From: Candidatus Woesebacteria bacterium
GTDB lineage: Bacteria > Patescibacteriota > Microgenomatia > UBA8517
Direction of reading: 5' to 3'
Length of the DNA stretch: 64,000 nt
NCBI GenBank assembly: GCA_020060565.1
Contig: JAGVAE010000001.1
Span: 130,671-194,670 of the forward strand
Part shown: positions 43,455 through 52,848 of the stretch, in pieces
How the letters are laid out: every line of letters starts with the position of its first letter
Position numbering within the stretch: the first letter of the stretch is position 1
Translations under genes and position numbers: made by a program
Notes under the pieces: generated by a model
Told to the model about the DNA's origin: nothing
Seen by the model: only the letters and a program-made list of their open reading frames with translations
Databases searched by the model: none

Positions 43455-45080
43455 TTACTTTTCACTAAAGGAGCTGTCCTGTTTTCCTCTTAATTTTTTA
43501 ATATCTTTAACTGCTACTTGATGAACAGTTCCATCCCTGTCTCGAAAAAAGAAGTAGTATTCATCTGCACCGACCCAGCAAGTCTTAGTATCTTTAATTG
43601 GGTATGCCATAAACATTCCGTGATCGCCAAACTTATCGAATTTGTAAGTTTTTATTATATTACCAATGTAATCGTTAAGTCTGTTTTTGTCCTCTGATAA
43701 AGACACATTGGTTCCTTGTTTGAAAGCGATGTCTGTTATTTCACATTTTTGTTTGGCAGCATACATGACGTAAGGATAACTGAATTTTCCGTTTTCATAA
43801 ATCAAGGTATTATTATTTTTCGCATATATTTCTATCCCATTTTGGTTTTCGATTAAAGAATAAAAATTAAGATCCATTCCTAATTCTTTAAAATCTTTTA
43901 TAGCCTGCATTTTTAGGGACAAAGGTTCGGGAGTTTCCTTCTGAGTTAAAAAAGAGACCTGATTTGATTTCAACAACAATTTTGCATTTACCTTTTGACC
44001 CACATTGGTTTCTATTGGAACACTAACCGTACTACCCGTTTGTGGATCTCTAAATATAAGGTTATTCTCTTCTATGTTATAACTAAAAATTCCTGGTAAT
44101 AAAATACCTTCTTCAACGCTAAATCCATAAATAATTTGACCACTTGACTCAGTGTGAATTATTGGTAGAAAAACAAAATCTCCCTCGTCAGATAATGAAT
44201 GATAATAACCTTTTGAATCTATTTTATAAACAACTTGATTGTATTTTCCTTGACTAATAAAAGCAAAAGGGCGCTCTTCTCCATTTTCGTCTATAAGCAA
44301 AAAAGCTGTTATATCTGTAATGGTAATTTCTTGTTCTCTGGCTGCATTTTGAATATCGAGCCATAATGGATCGTTTGCTGATAATTCAGTAACAGTAGTT
44401 ATGGTTTGATTATCTATCTTTTCAAAAGCTTCTTTTATAGGATAAAATTTTCCATCTGGAAATCTAGTTGGTTCAGCGGCTTGTGTTTTTTGTGCTTCCA
44501 CAACTTGTGCAACATTTGTAGCAACTTCCGGACCTAATGTTGATTGAGCGGTGGGAGCAACTACGGAAGCACATGCGGATGCAGCCATTGCGAGGGCTGC
44601 CAAGCCAGATGCAGTCTTTATTCGTTTTTGTGCACTATCATCATTTAATATTTTTTCTGCTTCACTACGAAGTCTTTTAATTTTTCCATCAATATTACCA
44701 GAATATCTTATGTAGTCAGGAAGATTGTCTGATCTAGAAGCAGCTCTAAGACGAGCTTCAGCTTCGGCTAATGCGGCAAGTTGTTCTGATTTTGAAGCAT
44801 TTTTAAGTTCATTTCCATTGGCTGGAAATGGTAATTCTGAGTTAGTAGAAATATATTTTCCACTCTTTAAACTTCGCATACCAAGCTCGATTCTTTCATC
44901 TTTTTTGTCTGTAACATAAGGAGCAACATCCATGGGAGATAGTGGAATATTTGCACCGGTATTCTCCTGCCAGTTTTTGGGAAGCATCATTCTTGAGGAC
45001 AAAGCTCCTACATACTGATCGTACGATGAAGTTTTCAAAACTCTTACTTCGTTTTCTAAGCCTTCAGACATTCTTTCCAT
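43455..45080 (-). CDS. Bitopic membrane protein, function unknown
   Basis: A ~150-aa charged coiled N-terminal region is followed by the hydrophobic segment GLAALAMAASACASVVAP and a ~370-aa outside domain. Confidence 0.4.
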   Translation of the reverse strand: MERMSEGLENEVRVLKTSSYDQYVGALSSRMMLPKNWQENTGANIPLSPMDVAPYVTDKKDERIELGMRSLKSGKYISTNSELPFPANGNELKNASKSEQLAALAEAEARLRAASRSDNLPDYIRYSGNIDGKIKRLRSEAEKILNDDSAQKRIKTASGLAALAMAASACASVVAPTAQSTLGPEVATNVAQVVEAQKTQAAEPTRFPDGKFYPIKEAFEKIDNQTITTVTELSANDPLWLDIQNAAREQEITITDITAFLLIDENGEERPFAFISQGKYNQVVYKIDSKGYYHSLSDEGDFVFLPIIHTESSGQIIYGFSVEEGILLPGIFSYNIEENNLIFRDPQTGSTVSVPIETNVGQKVNAKLLLKSNQVSFLTQKETPEPLSLKMQAIKDFKELGMDLNFYSLIENQNGIEIYAKNNNTLIYENGKFSYPYVMYAAKQKCEITDIAFKQGTNVSLSEDKNRLNDYIGNIIKTYKFDKFGDHGMFMAYPIKDTKTCWVGADEYYFFFRDRDGTVHQVAVKDIKKLRGKQDSSFSEK

Positions 45081-45163
45081 TTTAGTAGTTTTCCTACGGT
45101 ATATTCAATGGCAGATTTAAGAAACCTATAACAAGTACTATTATACGCTCAAATTTTCATACT

Positions 45164-45181
45164 GCAAGGATTTGGGGTGGG
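45164..45181. repeat. 18-nt direct repeat GCAAGGATTTGGGGTGGG, copy 1 (flanks hicAB)
   Basis: It is identical to 45646-45663. The two copies bracket the hicA-hicB pair. Confidence 0.55.
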
Positions 45182-45187
45182 TGGGGA

Positions 45188-45427
45188 TTATTTCTCTATT
45201 TCTTCTCTTGATATTCCAGCCTCTTTAAGAAGTGAGTTCAGAGTTCCTTTTGGAATATCTTTTAGATGCATTGGAATTACAGCTCGTCTGCCTGTAGGAT
45301 GCTTCATTGTTAAATGGCTGCTTACTTGATGATGCTCAATAAATCCCAGTTTTCTGAGTTTCTTAACCACCTCTTTTGGCTTTAAAGAAGGCAATTTAGG
45401 CATAATTGAAATCGATTGTGGAAACAA
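45188..45427 (-). CDS. hicA: HicA family mRNA interferase toxin
   Basis: The segment KPKEVVKKLRKLGFIEHHQVSSHLTMKHPTGRRAVIPMHLKDIPKGTLNSLLKEAGI matches the HicA/YcfA pattern. Confidence 0.65.
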   Translation of the reverse strand: MFPQSISIMPKLPSLKPKEVVKKLRKLGFIEHHQVSSHLTMKHPTGRRAVIPMHLKDIPKGTLNSLLKEAGISREEIEK

Positions 45428-45623
45428 AATCGACGTCAGATGGGACTGGAGAATTGTCTTTTGCTAGACTACCCAAATATGATTCAATAGCTTCCTTTCC
45501 CATTTTTTGTGCTTCTTCAATGGTGTCTCCATAGCTAACACAACCTTTTAAGGCGGGAATGATAACCGTGTACCCCCCCTCAGGCTCTTTTTGAAAAATT
45601 GCTGTGTAATGATGGATCTTCAT
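45396..45623 (-). CDS. hicB: HicB family antitoxin (UPF0150)
   Basis: The segment YTAIFQKEPEGGYTVIIPALKGCVSYGDTIEEAQKMGKEAIE matches the HicB N-terminal RNase H-like fold family. Confidence 0.6.
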   Translation of the reverse strand: MKIHHYTAIFQKEPEGGYTVIIPALKGCVSYGDTIEEAQKMGKEAIESYLGSLAKDNSPVPSDVDFVSTIDFNYA

Positions 45624-45645
45624 GATTTGATTATACCAGATTGTA

Positions 45646-45663
45646 GCAAGGATTTGGGGTGGG
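45646..45663. repeat. 18-nt direct repeat GCAAGGATTTGGGGTGGG, copy 2
   Basis: It is identical to 45164-45181. Confidence 0.55.
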
Positions 45664-45694
45664 AGTTGGGTCGAAAGTATTGACTAAACAGTAC

Positions 45695-45723
45695 TTGACA
45701 TACATAAAAGTCTAGACTATTAT
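45695..45723 (+). promoter_or_regulatory. Candidate sigma70-type promoter (TTGACA-17 nt-TATTAT) giving a leaderless transcript for the AAA ATPase gene
   Basis: TTGACA lies at 45695-45700 and TATTAT at 45718-45723, with a 17-nt spacer. The ATG at 45732 is about 8 nt downstream of the -10 box. Confidence 0.4.
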
Positions 45724-45731
45724 GTATTTGT

Positions 45732-46904
45732 ATGATAATTAGACACCTAGACGAGGCTTTAAGTGGCCACTTTACTAAATATAACGAGGTTTTGGTTTTG
45801 TTGGGAGCAAGGCAGGTAGGTAAAACCACTATTCTTAAGAGAATATTCCCCAATGCACATTATCTAGTTGTAGATAATGAACCTATCAAAAATGCTCTTG
45901 AGCGCTATGATCCAGCAGTTTATAGACAGCTGTTAAGTACGGATGGTGGAATGGTTGTGTTGGATGAGATTCATAAACTAAGTGATCCTGGACGTGCCGC
46001 TAAGATATTTTTTGATCAAATGCCTAATTATAAACTTGTTATAACAGGTTCATCAGCTTTTAATATTAAAAATAAATCATCAGAAAGCCTTGCAGGAAGA
46101 AAAATGGATTATCATCTATATCCATTGAGCTTAAGTGAACATTTGGTACAAAAAGGTCTTGAAAATACATTATCATTTCGACCGATGGAAGCTTTGGTAA
46201 ATGGGGAAAAAGCAGGAGAAATATTTAAACAATATGATCGCAGTGCAATTCTAAACAATGTTTTAATATATGGGTTATATCCTGCGATGCAATCTCATCC
46301 CAGCGACTCTTATTACTTAATAAATTTAATTGACAGTGTTGTTTTTAAAGATTTGGTTGAGTTGTCACTTTTGGAAAATAAATCTGCAGCACTCTCGCTT
46401 CTCAAACTTCTGGCATACCAAATTGGTTCATTGGTAAATTATGCGGAATTGGCATCAAAATTAGGTATCGGTGCAAGAACAGTCAAAAGATATATCGAAC
46501 TGTTTGAACAAAGCTTTATTATTTTTACAATTAAACCATATTCAACCAGAAAGAGAGATGAGATTGCAAAAATGCCTAAAGTGTACTTTTATGATTTGGG
46601 ACTTAGAAATGCCTTGATAAATAATTTTGAAGCGGTAGAAACAAGAGGTGATGCAGGGCAAATGTTTGAAAACTTTATAGTTAGTGAGCTTTTAAAATAT
46701 AATTATTATGGAGATTTTGGATATAGTTTTAATTATTGGAGAACAAAAAGTGGCTCTGAAGTTGATTTAGTTTTGGATAAACCCGATCAAGATCTAATTG
46801 CAGTTGAAATAAAGAGTAAATCGCAAAGAACTAACCAGGCGTTTACTGCACGTTACCCAAAGTCAAAGGCGGTTATTATTTCTAAAGACAATTATTGGGT
46901 TTGA
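45732..46904 (+). CDS. AAA+ ATPase with DUF4143-like C-terminal domain
   Basis: The Walker A motif LLGARQVGKTT and Walker B motif VVLDEIH are present. A C-terminal ~150 aa is typical of DUF4143 ATPases. Confidence 0.65.
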   Translation: MIIRHLDEALSGHFTKYNEVLVLLGARQVGKTTILKRIFPNAHYLVVDNEPIKNALERYDPAVYRQLLSTDGGMVVLDEIHKLSDPGRAAKIFFDQMPNYKLVITGSSAFNIKNKSSESLAGRKMDYHLYPLSLSEHLVQKGLENTLSFRPMEALVNGEKAGEIFKQYDRSAILNNVLIYGLYPAMQSHPSDSYYLINLIDSVVFKDLVELSLLENKSAALSLLKLLAYQIGSLVNYAELASKLGIGARTVKRYIELFEQSFIIFTIKPYSTRKRDEIAKMPKVYFYDLGLRNALINNFEAVETRGDAGQMFENFIVSELLKYNYYGDFGYSFNYWRTKSGSEVDLVLDKPDQDLIAVEIKSKSQRTNQAFTARYPKSKAVIISKDNYWV

Positions 46905-46940
46905 TTTTGCATGTTACTATCAAAATTGCTACACTGATTA

Positions 46941-47774
46941 TTGATGAAACTGCGTTATAAAAACTCCCAAGGTCAGGCTCTTGTATTGGTTCTTTTAGCT
47001 TTGGCAGTTGTTCTTACAATAGTTCTTTTTGTTCTTTCTCGTAGCATTACAGACATTGCGGTTTCTTCTTCTGAGAGTTCTGCTGTTTCTGCTTTCTCTG
47101 CGGCTGAAGCGGGAGTGGAACAAGCACTTGTAATAGGATCTGGAGGAAGTGCTACTGTTGGATCTGGTAGCTATACTTCTCAAGTAAGTAGTGTTGGATT
47201 GGGCTCTTCCAGTTTTGTATACCCAATTGATATTAATTCAGGAGATAGTATGACTTTATGGTTAAATGCACAGGATGCAAATAGCTCAGATTTTGATGGA
47301 TCTACTTTAAAAATTTGTTGGGGAAAATCGGGTGAGTATGCAAATTCCGCTTTAGTTCCAGCTATTGAAGCTGTGGTTTTTTATGAAACAGTTGCAGATG
47401 TCCCCGCTTCTGCAAAGATTGCCAGAGCGGCTTTTGACCCTAATGAAAGTAGACGTGTAAGTAATTCTTTTAGTGCGGCAGGAGGAAGCTGTGGTGTTGG
47501 TGGACAATCATTTGGCTTTCAAGCAACACTTGATTTAAGTGAAATTCCTAATCCCCAATTTGTACTAGTCAGAATGTTTTACAATACAGATTCAGGGCAA
47601 CCCCTTGCTTTTGATAGCACAGATGGTGCACTTTTCCCATCTCAAGGAATTTTAGTTGATTCTTCAGGCGTATCGGGACAATCAAGCCGTAAAGTGCAGG
47701 TTTTTCAGGGTTGGCCTGAAATTCCAGCTCCATTCCAGTTTGCAATTTACAGCTCGACTGGACTGACAAAATGA
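46941..47774 (+). CDS. PilX-N-like type IV pilus assembly / minor pilin-like protein
   Basis: The N-terminus SQGQALVLVLLALAVVLTIVL resembles the PilX N-terminal helix. It is directly upstream of pilMNO. Confidence 0.4.
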   Translation: MMKLRYKNSQGQALVLVLLALAVVLTIVLFVLSRSITDIAVSSSESSAVSAFSAAEAGVEQALVIGSGGSATVGSGSYTSQVSSVGLGSSSFVYPIDINSGDSMTLWLNAQDANSSDFDGSTLKICWGKSGEYANSALVPAIEAVVFYETVADVPASAKIARAAFDPNESRRVSNSFSAAGGSCGVGGQSFGFQATLDLSEIPNPQFVLVRMFYNTDSGQPLAFDSTDGALFPSQGILVDSSGVSGQSSRKVQVFQGWPEIPAPFQFAIYSSTGLTK

Positions 47775-47800
47775 TCTAATATTAACTGATAACTGCTCAC

Positions 47801-48814
47801 ATGGTAGGACTTGATATTGGTACTAAAACTATAAAGATTGTAGAACTTGACCGCGATGGATCTTCATTTTCCCTATCTGCTTCAGGAATTGTCGGTTTTT
47901 CGGGTAATAGTGTTGAAAAAATAATTGACGACAAAGAGATGGCCTCGATCGCTCAGATAATTAAAAAACTTCATGCAGAAACAGGAGCATCAAGTCGCGA
48001 TGTAGTTTTTTCCATTCCAGAACAAGCGGCATTTACAAGAACCATTACCTTTCCCCTTTTAACTGATGCAGAGATCGCCTCTGCTGTTAAGTGGGAGATT
48101 GAACAATATATTCCCATTCCTGCCGCCGAAGCTATTAGTCAGCACATAATTCTTGAGAGAAATGAAAAATCATCTCCCCCATCCGTTTTGGTTCTTTTGG
48201 TAGCGGCTCCTAGAGTACTTGTTGAAAAATATACAAAATTAGTACAACTAAGTGGACTTAATCCTATTGCAGTAGAAACAGAGCTTATAGCAATTACACG
48301 GTGCTTGGCCCCAGTCGATAAAACATCACTTCTTATTGATTTGGGAGCCAACTCAACTGATATAGCAATTGCAAAGAATAGTCTCCTTTGTTTTAGCCGT
48401 TCAATTCCTTTGGGGGGAGAGGCTTTTACTCGTGCAGTCTCCCAAGGATTAGGGGTAAATGTTACCCAGGCTGAGGAATATAAAAAAACATACGGTCTTA
48501 CTTCCTCCCAACTTGAAGGAAAAGTTAAAGGGGCATTAGACCCCGTTCTTCGTTTGGTGGTTGATGAGGTTAAAAAAGCTATTAGTTTCTATCAATCAGA
48601 ACAAAAAGGAGAAGTTCCAACTGCTATTGAAATTTCAGGAGGCACTAGTGGTATGCCCCAAATAATAACTTCCCTTACGGAACTTCTTGGAATTGAGGTT
48701 TCTGTTGCTAATCCATTTGCAAGAGTTAAGATGGATCCAGAAACTGCTAAAAAGCTTGCCCCATATGCTCCGCTTTATGCAATAGCAACGGGACTTGCAA
48801 TGCGGGAACAATAA
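47801..48814 (+). CDS. pilM: Type IV pilus assembly protein PilM (actin-like ATPase fold)
   Basis: The N-terminus MVGLDIGTKTIKIVEL and the distal DLGANSTDIAI and ISGGTSGMP actin-fold motifs are present. Confidence 0.8.
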   Translation: MVGLDIGTKTIKIVELDRDGSSFSLSASGIVGFSGNSVEKIIDDKEMASIAQIIKKLHAETGASSRDVVFSIPEQAAFTRTITFPLLTDAEIASAVKWEIEQYIPIPAAEAISQHIILERNEKSSPPSVLVLLVAAPRVLVEKYTKLVQLSGLNPIAVETELIAITRCLAPVDKTSLLIDLGANSTDIAIAKNSLLCFSRSIPLGGEAFTRAVSQGLGVNVTQAEEYKKTYGLTSSQLEGKVKGALDPVLRLVVDEVKKAISFYQSEQKGEVPTAIEISGGTSGMPQIITSLTELLGIEVSVANPFARVKMDPETAKKLAPYAPLYAIATGLAMREQ

Positions 48815-49349
48815 TATGGCAGTCAAACTAAATTTACTTCCAGAAAATTACACTCTATCAGGCCCCATGGGGCAGATTGTAAAAGTTGTTCGCCCTTTAA
48901 ACGTCATACTTTTGGCATTTTTTTTAATTACAGGGTTCGGTATGGGAATATATTTTATTTTCAGCTCAATTTCACTTAAAGGTCTGAAAGCTGAAAATGA
49001 AACTTTAAAAAGTCAAATTCAGGAAAGATCAAAAGCCCAACAACAAATAGTTCTTTTGAAAGATAGACTTAACCAAATCAAACTTGCCCAAGCCGTTCCT
49101 GGAGCTTCCAAAAATTTAGCTAATATTAAACCAGTTTTATCATTGATTACTGGAAATTCACTTCTTTCAGAACTTGAGGTGGATTCTCAAAAAACCAATG
49201 CGTCTGTTATTTTTAAATCTAATGCTGATCTAACCAATTTCTTAAAAACCATAAGTTCAACTAAGACGTATAAAACAGTTTCTTTAGGAACGTTTAATTT
49301 TAGCCCTGCCGCAGGTTATCAAGTTAGTCTAAGTTTTAGTGAAAAATAA
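48795..49349 (+). CDS. pilN: PilN-like bitopic pilus assembly protein
   Basis: There is one TM helix after a ~30-aa N-terminus, then a coiled coil. The gene position follows pilM. Confidence 0.55.
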   Translation: MQCGNNNMAVKLNLLPENYTLSGPMGQIVKVVRPLNVILLAFFLITGFGMGIYFIFSSISLKGLKAENETLKSQIQERSKAQQQIVLLKDRLNQIKLAQAVPGASKNLANIKPVLSLITGNSLLSELEVDSQKTNASVIFKSNADLTNFLKTISSTKTYKTVSLGTFNFSPAAGYQVSLSFSEK

Positions 49350-50025
49350 TATGATAAAAATTCCAGACAATGTTGCAACAACCCTAAAAGCGGTTTTTCC
49401 CTTTTTTGTTGTAATTATCCTTTTTGTGATAGTTGGCAAGTTTGGTTTTGGAAAGATTGTGGAAATTAGAGACCAAATAAAAAAAACACAAAATGATCAA
49501 CAGGTTTTAACCCAGAAGTTGGATGTTTTAAGAAATATTGAGGCCACTGGGGAAAAATCATCAAACATTGCAGTTAACGCCTTACCAGATACCAACCCTT
49601 CTCTCTCTGTTATTTCTCAGATAAAAATTCTTTCAGGGAAAATTGGGCTCACTGTAAGTGAAATTAAAGCAGGTTCTCCTGGAGTAAATTCTTCTGGACT
49701 GTCTCAGGTTAATGTTTCATTTAAAGTAATAGGGCCAAGAGAACAGGTAGAATCATTTGTAACAGAAATAAGTAAAATTGCTCCCATTACAATTGTAGAT
49801 AAAATAAAAATCTCAGAATCCACGCCAGGAACTTCTATGGGAAACATATCAGTCAAATCTTTCTGGGCTCCTTTTCCAACAAAGATACCAGCTGTTGATA
49901 AAGCAATATCAGATCTAACTTCACAGGAACAACAAACACTTCAGAGTTTAAGTGAATTAACTCAGCCAATATTTACAGATATTCCAGCTGGAGAGGGAGG
50001 AAGAAACGATCCATTCTCTCTTTAG
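49339..50025 (+). CDS. pilO: PilO-like bitopic pilus assembly protein
   Basis: It has an N-terminal TM helix and a coiled coil, and follows pilN with a short overlap. Confidence 0.5.
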   Translation: MKNNMIKIPDNVATTLKAVFPFFVVIILFVIVGKFGFGKIVEIRDQIKKTQNDQQVLTQKLDVLRNIEATGEKSSNIAVNALPDTNPSLSVISQIKILSGKIGLTVSEIKAGSPGVNSSGLSQVNVSFKVIGPREQVESFVTEISKIAPITIVDKIKISESTPGTSMGNISVKSFWAPFPTKIPAVDKAISDLTSQEQQTLQSLSELTQPIFTDIPAGEGGRNDPFSL

Positions 50026-50465
50026 CTATCTTTATATTTACTTAATATTATTAGCTTAGCCAGGGACATGCACGACCCCAACATCTTTACTTTCTTTAAT
50101 TTACTCATTTGTATCCATCTATTCTGAATTTTTGATTCATTTTTATCTGGGTTTAAACCAGAAGTATTCTTGATTTTTATATTTTTAGCTATATAAATAG
50201 TAAAATTTTCTCTTCCTTTTGATACGTTATCATAATATTTCCCAACCTCTTGCAGGTTTGCTGTCAATCCCGTCTCTTCTAAAAGTTCCCGTTTAGCGGC
50301 TGATAATGAACTTTCTTTGTCATTTATGAATCCTGCAGGAAAACCAGTGCAATACTTTCTAACACCAGGCTTATATTGCCGTTGGATAAGTACTTTATCT
50401 TCTTTTATGGGTACGATTACAACATAATTATCATATCTTTTCATATATACCCTTTCTTTATCCAA
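50022..50465 (-). CDS. NUDIX hydrolase
   Basis: The Nudix box GFPAGFINDKESSLSAAKRELLEETGL is present. Confidence 0.7.
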   Translation of the reverse strand: MDKERVYMKRYDNYVVIVPIKEDKVLIQRQYKPGVRKYCTGFPAGFINDKESSLSAAKRELLEETGLTANLQEVGKYYDNVSKGRENFTIYIAKNIKIKNTSGLNPDKNESKIQNRWIQMSKLKKVKMLGSCMSLAKLIILSKYKDS

Positions 50466-50995
50466 AACAAAAATGTTTTAGTGTATTTATTTGGATTGCT
50501 ATTAACATCCTTTTTAACATTTTCAATATCTACCCACTCAGTCAAATCAATTTTGTGACGATTTATTTTGAATTTTATCATCTTATCCAAGTCTATTTTA
50601 TACAAAGTAACAAACTCATTATTTCTCAGTTCTGGAGCATATTTATAAGTTTTTTTGATTTTATACGGACCAGCAACTTTTTGGGGTTTTGGCAAGAGAC
50701 TTAAATCTAATCCCAACTCATCTAACAGACCTCTTTTTAGAGTTTTCTGTTCATCCTCGTCATCACTTTCAATCATCTGAGTTGCTAGAGATTGGTCGTA
50801 TAAGTTCCATGCTATATCACACTCGACAGATCTTTTTTGCATGAGTAATTTTCCGCGATAATAAATATTTAATTGAATACCTTTATGCCAAAAACCTTTT
50901 GTATGCACATTCTGACGTGTTTGTAACCCAATTTTGTTTCCTGATTTGTCGCATATAAGAAGCTTATTCATTGCTTTTAGGGTGTAAAAGATCAT
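50441..50995 (-). CDS. NUDIX-fold protein, IPP isomerase-like
   Basis: The segment HTKGFWHKGIQLNIYYRGKLLMQKRS resembles the IDI/NUDIX N-terminal pattern, and RGLLDELGL is a Nudix-box-like helix. The similarity is weak. Confidence 0.35.
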   Translation of the reverse strand: MIFYTLKAMNKLLICDKSGNKIGLQTRQNVHTKGFWHKGIQLNIYYRGKLLMQKRSVECDIAWNLYDQSLATQMIESDDEDEQKTLKRGLLDELGLDLSLLPKPQKVAGPYKIKKTYKYAPELRNNEFVTLYKIDLDKMIKFKINRHKIDLTEWVDIENVKKDVNSNPNKYTKTFLFWIKKGYI

Positions 50996-51716
50996 CGAGT
51001 GCTCGTCCGGTTTCCTTCAATCTGTCTGGTGTTCCATAATCCATTATTGGTCCGTCTAAGAAAAAGGCATTTAGTATTGATTTTTGACCGTTTACTACTC
51101 TGCTTAGATTTTCTTTTTCGACTCTTCGCATTACAGTGTAATATAGATCTTCTTTCTCAGCATCGTATACAAATGGCTTTAATACTTCAAAATCGATAAC
51201 CATTGTGGGGGACCTAATAATTGAATCGTTAGACCTCCCTATTATATTATTGTTGACAACATCACATCCTGCATAATCAGACATTAATGGAGATTTATAT
51301 TTTGTCACGGCCCAACTAATAGTGCCTTGCTGGTGTTGTTCGATCATTCTTCTTAATTGTTCGAAAGGAAAAATACAGTCGCTAGCAATTATTAAGATTC
51401 TATTTCCTGTTTGCAATACCGCCTGAGTGATCCCGCCTGGTTTTTGCCAGAGCATTCTATGGTTTGTACCTTTGATAATTTCCTCATATTGATAAAAATG
51501 ATTGTTGGAGCCGAATGTTGCATCTGCTTTAATCAAATCTAACTGATTTAAGATGACGTCGATTCCCCTTATGCCATATCTGACAGGGAGAGCACACTTG
51601 GGAATAGATTGTCCAGTTATAGACTTCATTCTTTCACCTTGCCCTCCTGCCAAAACTAAGAATTCTACTTCTTTTATCATAACCCATAATATATCATGGG
51701 GTGTTATGTTATGCAA
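50964..51716 (-). CDS. Sugar-phosphate nucleotidyltransferase
   Basis: The N-terminal motif LVLAGGQGERMKSITGQSIPKCALPV matches the NTP_transferase family. Confidence 0.7.
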   Translation of the reverse strand: MHNITPHDILWVMIKEVEFLVLAGGQGERMKSITGQSIPKCALPVRYGIRGIDVILNQLDLIKADATFGSNNHFYQYEEIIKGTNHRMLWQKPGGITQAVLQTGNRILIIASDCIFPFEQLRRMIEQHQQGTISWAVTKYKSPLMSDYAGCDVVNNNIIGRSNDSIIRSPTMVIDFEVLKPFVYDAEKEDLYYTVMRRVEKENLSRVVNGQKSILNAFFLDGPIMDYGTPDRLKETGRALDDLLHPKSNE

Positions 51717-51718
51717 TT

Positions 51719-51946
51719 TTATTCTCCAATATTGAGGGCTACTGCACGCTTCTCGAGGGTTGCACGAACTTTGAGGATATTTCGGAGGGATTTAATCATG
51801 CGTCCACCCTTGCCAATTATTAGACCAACATTTTTGGGATCGGTTTTGATTGTATAGATGATACGACCCGCATCCTCTGTTTCTTCTATATCAAATTCTT
51901 CTTCTGCTAATATTCCTTTAAGTAAATAATCCAGTAGGTCTTTCAT
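51719..51946 (-). CDS. KH-domain RNA-binding protein (YlqC/UPF0109)
   Basis: The KH core GLIIGKGGRMIKSLRNIL is present. Its position after rpsP is the conserved arrangement. Confidence 0.7.
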   Translation of the reverse strand: MKDLLDYLLKGILAEEEFDIEETEDAGRIIYTIKTDPKNVGLIIGKGGRMIKSLRNILKVRATLEKRAVALNIGE

Positions 51947-51949
51947 GAT

Positions 51950-52168
51950 TTATTTGATTAATTTTTTGACTGTGGCAGAAACTTGGGCTCCTTTTTTAAC
52001 CCAGACATCTACTTTTTCCTTGTCAATTTTTAAGTCTTTCTTTAGAGGATTCCAGTATCCCAAAACTTCCAAATTTTTTCCTGCAGTCTTTTTGGTCGAA
52101 TCCACGGCAACAATTCTATAGAAAGCTCCCTTTTTTCTGCCGAATCTTGCAAGTCGTATAGCTACCAT
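51950..52168 (-). CDS. rpsP: 30S ribosomal protein S16
   Basis: The segment MVAIRLARFGRKKGAFYRIVAVDS...LGYWNP is present. Confidence 0.9.
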   Translation of the reverse strand: MVAIRLARFGRKKGAFYRIVAVDSTKKTAGKNLEVLGYWNPLKKDLKIDKEKVDVWVKKGAQVSATVKKLIK

Positions 52169-52176
52169 ATGAAGGC

Positions 52177-52848
52177 CTATTGTACCTTTTTCGTTAAAGC
52201 CTGTCCAGCCGCAGCTTGTTCTGCGGTTCCTTTACTTCTTCCTTCCCCTACCCCCCAGGATTCATTATTAACTAAAACCTCAACAACAAACTTTTTACTG
52301 TGGTCAGGCCCTGATTCTTCAACTACTTTATATTTAGGAGTGGCAAGACCTTGTGACTGAACATACTCCTGAAGACGGGATTTGGGGTCTTTCAAGGGTT
52401 CTGAAACAATTTTTGCAACATCACTCATTAAATTTTCTTTTATAAATTCCTCAGCATCCAATATTCCCCTATCCATAAAAATGGCTCCTATTATTGCCTC
52501 AACTGTATCTGCAAGAAGTGAAGGGTTGGTTCTTCCCCCCGATTCCTCCTCACCCTTTGAAAGATATAAAACACTTCCAATATCAAGTTTTTTTGCAAAA
52601 TTAGCTAGTGCTGTAGTATTTACCAGGTTTGCCCGAAGAGCTGTTAAGTATCCTTCTTCTTTATCAGAAAAATCATTAAAGATCTCTCTTGAAACTACAA
52701 ATTCCAAGATAGCATCCCCCAGAAACTCAAGTCTTTCATTACTGGTTCTTTCTCCTTTATGTTCATTGACCCAAGAACGGTGAGTAAGGGCATGGTCAAA
52801 AAGATTTTTATTGTTAAAACCGTCCTTGATTTTTTTAATATCTGTCAT
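52177..52848 (-). CDS. rnc: Ribonuclease III
   Basis: The signature ERLEFLGDAILEFVVS is present. A C-terminal dsRBD is also present. Confidence 0.9.
   Translation of the reverse strand: MTDIKKIKDGFNNKNLFDHALTHRSWVNEHKGERTSNERLEFLGDAILEFVVSREIFNDFSDKEEGYLTALRANLVNTTALANFAKKLDIGSVLYLSKGEEESGGRTNPSLLADTVEAIIGAIFMDRGILDAEEFIKENLMSDVAKIVSEPLKDPKSRLQEYVQSQGLATPKYKVVEESGPDHSKKFVVEVLVNNESWGVGEGRSKGTAEQAAAGQALTKKVQ

Noticed and set aside
45620-45853. A 77-aa - strand ORF spanning the hicB upstream spacer and the 5' end of the AAA ATPase gene
   Set aside because: It covers a candidate promoter and is antisense to a Walker-motif gene. It is likely spurious.
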